A stretch of 64,000 nucleotides of DNA. Origin: Octopus sinensis (taxonomy: Eukaryota). Of the stretch, positions 1 to 11,667 are shown one piece after another (position 1 is the first letter of the stretch; each line of letters begins with the position of its first letter). The position numbers were made by a program, and so were the translations under genes. Where the stretch lies: the NCBI RefSeq assembly GCF_006345805.1, contig NC_043007.1:74710001-74774000 (forward strand), given 5' to 3'. The notes under the pieces were generated by a model. It saw only the letters and a program-made list of their open reading frames with translations, was not told the origin of the DNA and did no database searches.

Positions 1-10
1 CACACACACA

Positions 11-44
<34 letters not shown>

Positions 45-306
45 TGTATGTATGTATATATGTATGTATGTATGTATATATATATGTATGTATGTATTTG
101 TGTGTCTGTGTTTGTCTTCCCACCATCGCCTGGCAACCGATGTGGGTGTGTTTATATCCTCATCACTTAGCGGGTCAGCCAAAGGGTCCGATTAAATAAG
201 TACTAGGCTTATAAAGAATAAGTCCCGAGGGCGATTTGTTCGACTAAAGGTGATGCTTCAGCTTGGCCGCAGTCAAATGACTGAAACAAGTAAAAGAATT
301 AAAAGA
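1..306 (+). mobile_element. SINE family A, 3' half
   Basis: Matches the 3' half of 4315-4761. Confidence 0.8.
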
Positions 307-1384
307 TATACATATATATATGTGTGTGAGTGGATGGGTGTATGTAAGTATATGTATTATATATGTGTGCGTGTGCGCGCGAGTGTGTGTGTGTGTGCGT
401 GTATGTGTGTGTGTGTGTGTGTGCAAGTCATCGTGTGCAAATACACAAAACCTGAATACAAACGTTATTCCTTTTATTTTATTTTAAACCCACACTGTTC
501 ATAGACAGATGTTGCCCTGCCAAGTAGTTTTATGCCGGCTAATGATGCCAATCATACACAGAACTACTTAGCCTACAATCTCTCTCTACACAAAACCTAT
601 CCATCTGCTAACAGAAATACCAGATGCTCGTGTTCTATGTTTAGTCACTGAGCAGCGATCAAATTCTCCGCTCTCTTCCAAAAGTGCTCTTACCAACCCT
701 AGAAGCGTGTGATGATGCAAATTATTTGTGTTGCATTTTTTAGCTTTAGTGCGCATCGTGAAAATCAGTCTCTTGCTTATAGCAATATTTACAGTAAAAC
801 ACTTCTGATAAAAATGAAATAGTCTCCTTCACCTTCTAGCTTCACGAAAGGCTGTTATCTACTATTCTAAAATCAGTATTGATCTAACTAGGGTGTTGCA
901 CTAGCGGTTGTTTGTTTGCACTAGGTGCAAGCATGGCTGCGTAGTTAAGAAACTCGTTTTGCGTCTACGTGTTTACGAGTTCACTCCCACCGCGCGGTAG
1001 TCAACCAATGCCCTGTGAGTGAATTTGGTCTTCGAAATTCTTTCGTTGATACATTCGTCGGCCTGGCGGTCTAAAAAAAGCAGAGGAATTCTTGGTTTGA
1101 AATCATTTAGATTCTATTTTTTTTTAATGTTTTATGTTTACAATATTTCCAGCAAATTCTGAAGTGATATGTTCATTATGTTATTTTATATAATGGCGAT
1201 TGCAATGATATTTGCGTCCCCCAAAATAGTTCCAGCAACACCAATTAACGGAAAATATTCAGTCAATCCCTTTTTATTTTTCTCTCATTTCCGTGTCTCC
1301 GAGAGATCGACCTCGCAGTCTGGGTTACTTTTCTTTCCATTTAGCAGTTTGAGAATGTTTCCTGGGTAGTTTTTTGAGATAACT

Positions 1385-1790
1385 GTTTCTTCTTCTTCTT
1401 CTGCTTCTCTTCTTCTTCTTCTTCTTCTTTCTTCTTCTTCTTCTTCTTCTTCTCCTCCTCCTCCTTCTTATTGTTATTCTCCTCCTCCTCCCCTTCTTCT
1501 TCAGTTCCCCTCCTCCTCCTCTTTCTCCCCTTCATCTCCTCTCCTTTTTCTTCTTCTTCACTTCCCCCTCCTCTTTCCTCTTATCTTTCTCCTTCTCCTT
1601 CTCCCCTTCTTCTTCTTCACTTCCCCTCCTCCTCCTCTTTCCCCTTCATCTCCTCCCCTTCTTCTTCACTTCCCCTCCTCATCTTTCCCCTTCATCTCCT
1701 CCCCTTCTTCTTCTTCACTTCCCCTCCTCCTCCTCTTTCCCCTTATCCACTTTATCATCCTCCCCCTCCTCCTCCTCCTCTTCTCCCTCA
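1385..1790. repeat. Polypyrimidine (CTT/CCT) tract with about 50-bp internal reiterations
   Basis: Almost purine-free on the + strand. The block TTCTTCTTCACTTCCCCTCCTC recurs four times. Confidence 0.85.
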
Positions 1791-3291
1791 TATCGTTAAT
1801 CCTTTGTGATTTCCATTTTATTCTTTTTCTGACCAGCCAATTTTTCACTTCAAGAGAACTGGTCAAAATTTCCTTCCTGTAATTTCAGCGCTTTATCCGA
1901 TATTCAGTCAGATCTGTTTACCTTTGTTTGATTTTTGTAACCCAATCCTTTGCCTTAGCGCATTTCTTAATATCAAAATACCACAGCAATAACACCACGG
2001 AGAAGATGAGAAGTATCGATATACAGACCATGTTGGAGATAACGTATAATCACTTAAAATTGATTTGACGGTCGTTTTGATTTATCAGCCAACTTTGTTC
2101 TATCAATGTTCTAGATTTATCGCTAATCAACATTTTTCGATATCTCACTGGCCAACCTTGAGAATTGTCATTATTATTTGTGTATTTATTGTGTTTGTTT
2201 TATGTCAGTATTTTTTTTTGTGAAAGTTTTGATATTTATCGATAGAAAGAAGTAACCTGAATGCTTGTGTCAATAATAGCAAGAACACAATCAGCGATAT
2301 CAATGCCGATAAGGATGTCTCGACTTGCTGGAAATAGCAACTAAATCTCCTCTCAAATCACGGCCTCTGTTAAAATAAGGACAATACATATTGGATAAAT
2401 TAGTCTTAAAAACTCAAAAAAAAAAAACAAGAAAGAAAAAGACTGTATGGTCACAAACTAGAAAGCCTCATAGTTTAGCCCCGGGTCAGCCTTGATTTAC
2501 ACGTTCAATGCTGACCTGAAGCTAAATTGCAGCAGCAGCAGCAGCAGCCGTTCAAGAATTTGGACCTGGAGATCTCCATTTCCAGCAACCTCGAGGGCCA
2601 CCTCCCAGTGGTGTTGGGCGTCAACGAAGAGCCCTCGACTACAAGACGACCAAATTTTTTTTTCAAGTTCTGGGTTCTCCTGCCCCTAAGCCCTAGACCA
2701 TCACCTAATCACCCTTACCCGTCTTGTTGCTTAACAACAACAACAACAACAACAGCAGCAGCAGCAGCAGCAGCTAATGGATAGTATTTAAATTATGTGT
2801 ATTTCAAATATGAAGCAGTTGGAGGTATTCAGCTTACGATCGTAAGGTCGTGAACTCGGCTCCCGGCGGCACGTTGTGTCCTTGAGCAAGACACTTTATT
2901 TCACGTTGCTCCGATTCACTCAGCTGGTAAAAATGAGTAGTATCTGTAATTTAAAGGGTCAGCCTTGTCACATTCTGTGTCACGCTGAATTTTCCTGAGA
3001 ACTACGTCTGTCCTTCTCCGTACATCGGTCAAACGGGACGCCACTTCGCTGACCGGGAATACTCAGCCACTAATTTCTCGAGCAGGCTGTTCTGTTGATC
3101 AGATCAACTGGAACATACGTCGTAGAAGCCGACGGAGTACCAGTATTTACATATGAAATGAATTGTTTTATTCAAGAATACAACACGCCGCCCAGTCCGG
3201 GAATCGAACCCACGATCGTCAGAGCAGCACCCTAACCACTAGCCTTCATAATATGGGATTATAAACAAAAAGTCATAATAATTCATTAATG

Positions 3292-3399
3292 ACAATTGCA
3301 GCGTGAAAGGTGTTTATAAGCCATTTAAGAAACACACAAAAACCGCGGGTTTTGCGTGTTTCTTAAATGGCTTATAAACGCCTTCCACGCTGCAATTGT
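3292..3399. repeat. 108-bp foldback palindrome
   Basis: ACAATTGCAGCGTGAAAGGTGTTTATAAGCCATTTAAGAAACACACAAAAACC-GCG-reverse complement, with 3 substitutions and 1 indel. Confidence 0.95.
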
Positions 3400-3876
3400 T
3401 TTCGTTCAAGCACACGCTCTCAGATCAGGTCACTTGCTATGCAAGTACATCTCCGTAATTCATAAATGGTTTCAAACTGAAAACAGTATGGTCAGACATC
3501 ACCATACTGTTTTCAGTTAGATACAGAAGAAATGAGTCAGGAACACTTAATGAATATCTCAGCTTTCATGCCCACCGATCAACTTAAACGCTTTGGCTTT
3601 CCTACTGAGCGATATTTAGTAGCGTAACTGGGAGTGAGAGCGAACGGATAGAGGGGACAGTTCGTATCGGGTGATGCTTTTATGAGGGCGGCGCTTTTGG
3701 GTTCACCTGTATAAGTTTTGGGGGTCCGGAGTAAGGCAGCACACTGAAAGACTAGCCCAGGCGGCACACACTCTAACTATGCTACTGTCGATAGTCAATC
3801 TTATTTACAACCGGCAAATTTCAATGGGACTTTATATGGGAGAAATGAAGATAACTGAGATTGATGTACCCGAAGT

Positions 3877-4246
3877 GGTGGAGGCGCAATGGCCCAGTGG
3901 TTAGGGCAGCGGACTCGCGGTTTCGATTCCCAGACCGGGCGTTGTGAGTGTTTATTGAGCGAAAACACCTAAAGCTCCACGAGGCTCCGGCAGGGGATGG
4001 TGGTGATCCCTGCTGTACTCTTTCACCACAACTTTCTCTCACTCTTACTTCCTGTTTCTGTTGTACCTGTATTTCAAAGGGCCGGCCTTGTCACTCTCTG
4101 TGTCACGCTGAATATCGCCGAGAACTACATTAAGGGTACACGTGTCTGTGGAGTGCTCAGCCACTTACACGTTAATTTCACGTGCAGGCTGTTCCGTTGA
4201 TCGGATCAACCGGAACCCTCATCGTCGTAACCGACGGAGTGCTTCC
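3877..4246 (+). mobile_element. SINE family C (tRNA-like head GGCGCAATGGCCCAGTGGTTAGGGCAGCGG)
   Basis: A-box- and B-box-like head. Related copies at 2820-3140(+), 25960-26270(+), 41000-41220(+) and 53740-54050(-). Some carry the CORE-like TGTGTCCTTGAGCAAGACACTT. Confidence 0.75.
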
Positions 4247-4314
4247 ATGTACCCGAAGTGAGATGGTGGCGGACATGGTTTTCTTCTTCTTGGAATTATT
4301 TCATGTTACATATA

Positions 4315-4479
4315 GGTGTAGGAGTGGATGTGTGGTAAGTAGCTTGCTTACCAACTACATGCTTCCGGGTTCAGTCCCACTGCATGGTACTTTGGGCAAG
4401 TGTCTTCTACTATAGCCTCGAGCCGACCAAAGCCTTGCGAGTGGATTTGGTAGATGGAAACTGAAAGAAGCCCGTCGTA

Positions 4480-4561
<82 letters not shown>

Positions 4562-4761
4562 TGTGTGTGTGTTTGTCCCCCCAACATCGCTTGACAACCG
4601 ATGCTGGTGTGTTTACGTCCCCGTCACTTAGCGGTTCGGCAAAAGAGACCGCTAGAATAAATACTAGGCTTACAAAGAATAAGTCCTGGGGTCGATTTGC
4701 TCGACTAAAGGCTGTGCTCCAGCATGGCCGCAGTCACATGACTGAAACAAGTAAAAGAGTA
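4315..4761 (+). mobile_element. SINE family A, full length (tRNA-like head, CORE-like CCTTGGGCAAGT, internal microsatellite)
   Basis: Head GGTGTAGGAGTGG.TGTGTGGTAAG with B-box-like GGTTCAGTCCC, internal (TA)n(TG)n, tail ATGACTGAAACAAGTAAAAG. About 20 copies in the window. Confidence 0.85.
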
Positions 4762-5231
4762 TGGAAAGGTTTATAAATATGACGTAGAATGCTGGTTGTC
4801 CTTCCTAGCAGAAGTCAAACATTCTTGGTTTCGCAGAGAAAGAAAATCCACACCCAGAATCTGAATTCCGCAGTGTTTAACTTACGTTAATATTAACGAT
4901 TTCTTTTGTAGAGGAAGTGTGTAGTCGATCGCATCGATCCAGTATATTATTGATACACATTTTATCAGCGAATAGCAAAATTGATCCCAGCGAAGTTGAA
5001 ATACAAATGCTCCAAAGTAGTCTATCGTTTGTTCCAGAAGTTTCTCTGTTACTTATTTATTTATTTATTTATTATTTGATTTGATTTATTTATTTATCTA
5101 TTTATTTTTTTGTGTTTGAGATCAAGCTGATAAATAGCTTCTTTTATAAAAGTTAAAGCAGGAGGGTGTTATGGGTTAACTTCGATTTGGGAGGGAGCCA
5201 TCATCATTACCAGTAGAAGAAGGTTAATGGA

Positions 5232-5578
5232 ATGAGGCAATTGGGCGCAGGCGTTTGGGCGCTGGAGATTTGGCACGGCTGATTGGACGTTCGGACTGTT
5301 TTGCTAACAATACGTGGAGACAAATACATGTAGGCACATGCGCTCGAGTAGAGATATGCGCATACTGAGACAAGGGAAAAAGAGAAAGGCATTACAGTTT
5401 ATTAATTGGGTGTGATTGGCATAAACACGTTCCCTTTCTTCAGAGGCATCTATACGTAGTACAGAGAGTGGGTGGAAAGAGAACGAGAGAAACATTAAAA
5501 CGTCTGATGTCAAATAAGTCAGTGTTGAATCAACAACGCCAAACAGATGGCACCGAAACGGCTGTGTCAAAACGTCTC
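5232..5578. mobile_element. Degenerate MITE with GC-rich imperfect TIRs
   Basis: Left end TGAGGCAATTGGGCGCAGGCGTTTGGGCGC vs reverse complement of the right end TGAGACGTTTTGACACAGCCGTTTCGGTGC. No TSD found. Confidence 0.35.
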
Positions 5579-5667
5579 AATATCAGAGATTAAATGATTA
5601 AGGTGTGATCAGAAGCGCAACAAAAAGGCATTGACTTTTCACCAGAAAAGACTGTTTAGTTGCACTA

Positions 5668-6592
5668 GTGGCTGTGTGGTAAGAAGCTTGCTTCCCAACA
5701 ACATGGTTCTGAGTTCAGTCCCATTCCGTGACAAATTGGGAGGATGACTTCTACTATATCCTCAGGTCGACCAAAGCCTTGTGAGAGGATTTGGTAGACA
5801 GAAACTGAAAGAAGTCTGTCGTGTATACATACATACATACATACATACATACATACATACATACATACATACTTCATACATGCATACAAAGGACAGAATT
5901 GTGACAGGACATGATCACCTATGTCCTACATTATGGACATGACACCTAAAAAGAAAAGGAATATATATGTAGACGAGCAAAACGCGTCCCCCCACGTCCA
6001 GAGGACGGTGCTGAGTTGTCAAACATTTAAACCAAATTTTCTCTAAACAACTTGTCCGACCGTCCCATAGGCCTCCCCTTTGAGAAACACTGATTTAACC
6101 TAAATTTGAGACACCTGCAAAAGAAGAAATAAAGATAGACTTTTTTTCTATTCCAAAGAAAGACGATTTTCCACGGCTTTATCGATCGCATTCTCACCTG
6201 GAATCGATTTTCGTAATTTTTTCAAGACTTATACACGCCCTGATACCGTTGGTATCTACATATCAAATTTGAGCGCAATTGGATGGAGGATGCCCGAGAT
6301 CCTAGAAGCCACACACACAGACACAGACAAAACGGATTTTATATAAGAGATATGGGCGTGCATCCGTGTGTGAGTTTCTTCCCTACCACAGCTTGATGAC
6401 GGCGTTGGTTTGTTTACGTCCCCATAACAGCGTTCGGCAAAAGAGACCAATAGAATAAGTACCAAGCTTAAAATAATAATTTTAAAAAAAATTTAAGTCC
6501 TGGAGTCGATAAGTTCAATTAAAACTCTCCAAGGCAGTGCCCCAGCATGGCCGCAGTCAAATGCCTGAAACACGTAAAAGACAAGAGATACA
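5668..6592 (+). mobile_element. SINE family A, split by a HINE-like insertion
   Basis: Head at 5668-5885, tail at 6352-6592. Confidence 0.7.
5967..6351 (+). mobile_element. HINE/Lep1-like element
   Basis: 3' end CACACAGACACAGACAAAACGGATTTTATATAAGAGAT has the same architecture as the 7033 element. It interrupts a family-A SINE. Confidence 0.55.
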
Positions 6593-7002
6593 ACCTGAAC
6601 AGGAACAGCAGAAGGAAAACTCAACAGTGAATTGGATTCGGTACATAATACATCTTGCTGATGTCTATCAGACATTGCTTAGCTATTTTAATGACGTAAA
6701 CAAGCTAGTTATAATAACATGAGGATCGCTGGCTTAATTACACCGCACATTTTCTTGGCTGACGTTACAAAGATTTGTTTTTTAACCTTCTTACTGAACT
6801 ATTACTAAGTTAAATGGCCGTGCATGGCTGTGTGGTTAAGAACTTACTTTGCAACAGTATGGTTTTGGTTCAGCTCCACTGTGCGGCACCATGGTCAAGA
6901 GTGTCTTCTATAGCTCCCGACAGACAAAATGCCTTGTGAGTATATTTGGTAGATGGAAAGGAAAGTGTGGGGAAGCCGGTCGCACGCGCACGCGTGTATA
7001 TA

Positions 7003-7032
<30 letters not shown>

Positions 7033-7034
<2 letters not shown>

Positions 7035-7374
7035 CTAGCAGTATCGCCCGGCGTTGCTCGGGTTTGTAAGGGAAATAACTAAAACATTTTTAGAGAGTTA
7101 TAGCCAAAAAATGGGAAAAAATGATGGTAAATTTTTTTTTAAGTTAAAGGTCGAGTTGCGTCCCCTAGACAGTCTGTGGTTTGTGTTTCTGATTCTCGAC
7201 CCCATGTCGAATTTATCGATTTTTTTCAGACAACTTTTCAAAATTTTCGCTGCGTTAGTTTTTGAATTATGACTTGGGCTATGTGTGTGTCAAGTTTCAA
7301 GAATCGTGAAAGCCGTGGTCAGGGTGAGGGTACAACTAACAGACACCAAGACAAACTGCCGTTATTATATAGAT
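7033..7374 (+). mobile_element. Non-autonomous Helitron/Helentron-type (HINE/Lep1-like) element
   Basis: 5' end TACTAGCAGTATCGCCCGGCGTTGCTCGGG and 3' end ACAGAC...TATATAGAT. Inserted in a (TA)n tract. The 5' end is shared with the copies at 33785 and 35056. Confidence 0.7.
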
Positions 7375-7409
7375 ATATATATATATTATATATATATATA
7401 GTATATATA

Positions 7410-7610
7410 GGGAGAGTTCACGAAAAAAAAACAAAAGACGAAGACGGTTGGTGTACAAAACAAACAGATGTATTATTATAACGCTCAGGAATTGAAAAAG
7501 TCTTTTACGTTTCGAGCCTACGCTCTTCTACAGAAAGGGACACGGGAAAAACAAGGAGAAAAACAAGGAGAGAAAAAAAATGTGTGTAGTGGCTACCGAT
7601 CTATCATGGC
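7410..7610 (-). mobile_element. Penelope-like terminal fragment, copy 1
   Basis: Dispersed repeat shared with 61990-62190. The minus strand carries CTGTAGAAGAGCGTAGGCTCGAAACGT. Flanked by (TA)n. Confidence 0.5.
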
Positions 7611-7629
7611 GAATATATATATATATGTA

Positions 7630-8885
7630 TATTCTTTTACTTGTTTCTGTAATTTGACTGCGGCCATGCTGGAGCACCCCCTTGAAGGGTTTTAAACGAA
7701 CAAATCGACCCCAAGACTTATTTTTTAAAACCTAGTACAGGGTGTCTCAAAAATCACCATACACTTTCTTTTCCCCTATTTCGTTTCAAGTATCATTCGA
7801 AGATACGTGGGGCCATCAGCATTTGACACCTTCAACTTTGCAGTTTTTGTAAGTGTATCATTCCCTTGCTCATGGCTCACCATATCACCAGCTTCGGAGA
7901 GTCTCGTTCAAGTTCGAGAATTTCTGCTGGTTTTGATTAACCCCAAATTCGACAATTGTATCGGTTTACCTGATCAGAGAGATGAAAGATATGCTCATCG
8001 CTGAGCCATAAGTTTTCTAAGAACAGAGAGTCGTTTTGGTAACGGTGGAGAGGGATTCAAATATTTCCACACGAGCATCATATTCTTTCGCTTGAAGCCT
8101 TTGAAAAACCTGAAGTCAGTACGGGTAGAGTTTTATCACTCTTCGAAGCATCCGCTGAATTGAGCTTTTGTTGATGCTAAGTTCCAGCGCAGTCCTCAGA
8201 ATGGACTTCCTCTGACTTTTCGCGAACGCCTGCTTCAGTGGTGGTAATAGCAGGCCTTCCACTGTGTGGTTTGTCAAGAACAGATTTTGCTTCGAGAAAT
8301 TTGCTATGGATACCATAAATTGTGCTACACGTTGGAGCAGTGTGACGGCCATAAACCATCTCAAACTTGCGATTAACTTCAGTAGGGGACTGAAAAACTT
8401 CTTACCAGGCGGCAATTGGCGAGTCATGTGCAAGGGAATGATACACTTATAAAAACTGCAAAGTCTAAGGTGTCAAATGCTGATGGCCTTTCGTTTCCCC
8501 GAATGATACCCGAAACGAAATAGAGAAAAGAAAGTGCATAGTGACTTTTGGGACACCCTGTATTTAATCTATTGGTCTCTTTTACCGAACCGTTAAGTTA
8601 CAGGGACGTAAACAATCCAACACCGGTTGCCAAGCAGTGATGAGGAACAAGCACAGACACACACACGCATATACGATGAGCTGCTTTCAGTTTCTGTATA
8701 CCAAATCCACTCACAAGGCTTTGGTTGGCCCGAGGCTATAGTAGAGAAGACATTTGCCCAAGGTACCACGCAGTGGGACTGAACCCGGAACCATGTGGTT
8801 GGGAAGCAATGTTCTCATTTCTTTATTGGCCACAAGGGGCTAAACGTAGAGAGGAAAAATAAGCTTTTTACCACACAGCCACAGG
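7630..8885 (-). mobile_element. SINE family A, split by the mariner element
   Basis: Halves 7630-7737 and 8561-8885 rejoin into the family consensus. Confidence 0.8.
7738..8560 (-). mobile_element. Internally deleted Tc1/mariner (maT/DD37D-like) DNA transposon
   Basis: About 130-bp TIRs beginning CAGGGTGT, with TA at 7736-7737 and 8561-8562. Minus-strand transposase relics: SKFLEAKSVLDKPHSGRP, KSILRTALELSINKSSIQRMLRRVIKLYPY, LWLSDEHIFHLSDQVNRYNCRIWG, ERDSPKLVIW. It splits a SINE at cctagTA. Confidence 0.9.
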
Positions 8886-9080
8886 AATAAGGAATTAACA
8901 CCCGGTTATGAGTATCATTGTACCTGAGTGAAGAATGAAATATTAAAATACAAAATCTCACATCCGGAAGAGTATATATTTGTGTGTGTATGTGTGTGTT
9001 GTGTGTGTGTGTGTGTGTGTTATGGATGAGGAACTAGCAGGCGCAAGCAATTCACCTAGCATCGAATAGTTTTTGTCAAA

Positions 9081-9620
9081 GAACTCGTGACAAATTATGA
9101 AGAATTACAAGGCTCCTTCCAGAATGGAACTCATGTCATTGAAGATCAAGCAGGCTGGAGAGATGATATGAAGTTTCTATTCAACTTAACCCGTACCTTC
9201 AGGTTCTTCCATGAAAACGAAGACCTACCTTTCATCAGGTTTCAGGAAATTCCGAACATCGGTAATGCCACATGGAATTCGTGAGCGATCTTACCCTTTC
9301 TTGCATTTTTCCTCATGCCACATGTGAGAAAAAAAAGATTGCAGATGACCTGTCAGTTCATCTCATGTGACTCGGCGGACCATTGGTTCAGTGACCAAAT
9401 GTATAGAGCTGAAGATCATGCAGAGCTATCGCAAGCGTTGCTATCCTACAAGACTACTTTGAAATGCTTGACAAATCACTGGAAACAAAAAAGCCCTGAA
9501 AACTAAACATCTGCAGAAGCAATCAATCCTGTGAGCAAGCAATTAAGATCATGCAAGAACTACACACCACATGCAAGAAAATAGCCAACTTACCATTGCG
9601 TTTCATTCTCGCTAATGACC
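9081..9620 (+). mobile_element. Degenerate hAT-related transposase C-terminal fragment
   Basis: GWRDDMKFL...NATWNS*AIL...CQFI...HWF...NHW...RSNQSCEQAIKIMQEL across stops and frameshifts. This resembles the RDD / ARW..KAI / N..AER.VK motif order of hAT-like transposases. Confidence 0.55.
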
Positions 9621-9896
9621 TGTCGCAACTTGACTATTGACTAATTTGACTTTATATGACTTACCTTCTTTCTATTGTTATGGAATGCAGGATACAGTTC
9701 TTTTAACAGTTATGGATTAAAGATTTTGGATCTCTTTCCTTTTTTTTTTTTGGACTTGTGCCTTTCTAGTTGCAATCCCGTGGTCAGTCATGATCGACGG
9801 GAGTCTTACCCTTTTATATAACATATATATATATATATATATAGATATTATAGATAGATAGATAGATATACGCATACACACACACACACACCACAC

Positions 9897-9935
<39 letters not shown>

Positions 9936-10123
9936 GCATACACACATATATATATATACATACATATATACGTATATATATATATATATATTATATATAT
10001 ATGTATATATATACACATACACATATATATATACATATATATATATATATATGTATGCATATATATGTATGTAATATATATGTATGTATATATGTATGTA
10101 TGTAAGTATGTATGTATATGTAT

Positions 10124-10182
<59 letters not shown>

Positions 10183-10430
10183 TATTATATATATATATAC
10201 TTAAACTTACCATGAATTGGTCTTTTACATGCCGAATCCTACTTGGTGAATTACTGATTACTCTTCTTATTTAATTTCACCCTTTGTTATTATTGATATA
10301 TATATATACATACATATATATTATATATATATACATACATATATATATATTATATATATATATATATATGTATAAATATACATATATATATATGTATATA
10401 TATATGTATATATGCATACACACACACACA

Positions 10431-10481
<51 letters not shown>

Positions 10482-11168
10482 TGCGAAAGCTTCACTGTGT
10501 GGTAAGAAGTTTGTTTTCCAATGCATTGAAGTGGAATAAAGTGAGGGTTCTAATTTAATTTGAAATCTTACTAGGCAAGCAGATTTGATACTTTACGTTA
10601 TCCTATGTTCAACACCTCACTATTATAGTTTCGTTAGAAAAATTCGCAACCGACACCAAGTTAATCATGTCAAGTGATTTGATAACACTCTTTCTGATCC
10701 CTTCACAGTTTGTTTTCAAAGAGAATCATTAATTACTCTCCTGGTCTTTCAATCGATTCCGATAATCAGTGGCTGCAAATGTTTGGAAAGATGGAATGTT
10801 TTCTTTCCTTGAACATGTAGCGAACGCTAGAGAAAGACTTTACAAAGAAATGTATTCAGAAATCGATATGTTTTTAGAAGAATCGACGGCAACATTCTGC
10901 AGAAAAACAGTCCTTTACTTGTATTGGTGTACAGTGGATTTGGCTTTATATAATACGATACAGTCCTAAACATCAATGTTCATACACGCACGCACACTCA
11001 CACACATTCATATATCTTTATCTTTTGTCTTTTGCTAGTTTTAGGCATTAGACTGTGGCCATGCTGGGACACCGCCTTGAAGAATTTTGGTCGAACGAAT
11101 TGACCCTAGTACTTATTTATTATTATTATTGTTATTAATTATTATTATTATTATCATTATTATTATTA

Positions 11169-11202
<34 letters not shown>

Positions 11203-11219
11203 CATTATTATTATTATTA

Positions 11220-11270
<51 letters not shown>

Positions 11271-11272
<2 letters not shown>

Positions 11273-11616
11273 TAGTTTTATTTCTATATCGTGATTTCAC
11301 TTCACTACCGAGCGCAGCTCTGTGTGCCTTGGGTATGTGATGTGGTTTGTTGTGATGCTCTTATGGTTACTGTATTGAAAGTGTTTTGCGTAGGATGTGT
11401 GCAGTGCCCAGTAGTGCAATTTTCTGTATGTTGTATATATTTGTAAGTCCTGGTGTCTGAATATTTTTTATCATACCTAATGCGTCTACTATGATAGGAA
11501 TTGCTTCTGTTTTTAGATTTCACATTCGAGTTACCTCTATTTCTAGGTCTTTGTATTTTGAAAGTTTGTCCATTTGTTTTAGAGACACGTTGTCATCTGC
11601 TGGTATTGATACATCA

Positions 11617-11618
<2 letters not shown>
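11271..11618 (-). mobile_element. 3' end of R4/Dong-clade non-LTR retrotransposon (restriction-like endonuclease)
   Basis: IDVSIPADDNVSLKQMDKLSKYKDLEIEVTRM*NLKTEAIPIIVDALGMIKK, then in another frame IALLGTAHILRKTLSIQ, a short 3' UTR and a (TAA)n tail. (ATT)n arrays lie on both sides. Confidence 0.85.

Positions 11619-11667
<49 letters not shown>

Noticed and set aside
3877-3945. tRNA-like sequences at SINE heads
   Set aside because: They continue into SINE bodies and lack a complete cloverleaf, so they are not called as tRNA genes.
10769-10969. 66-aa ORF with protein-like composition
   Set aside because: Non-ATG start, no recognisable domain and no convincing splice-site pair.
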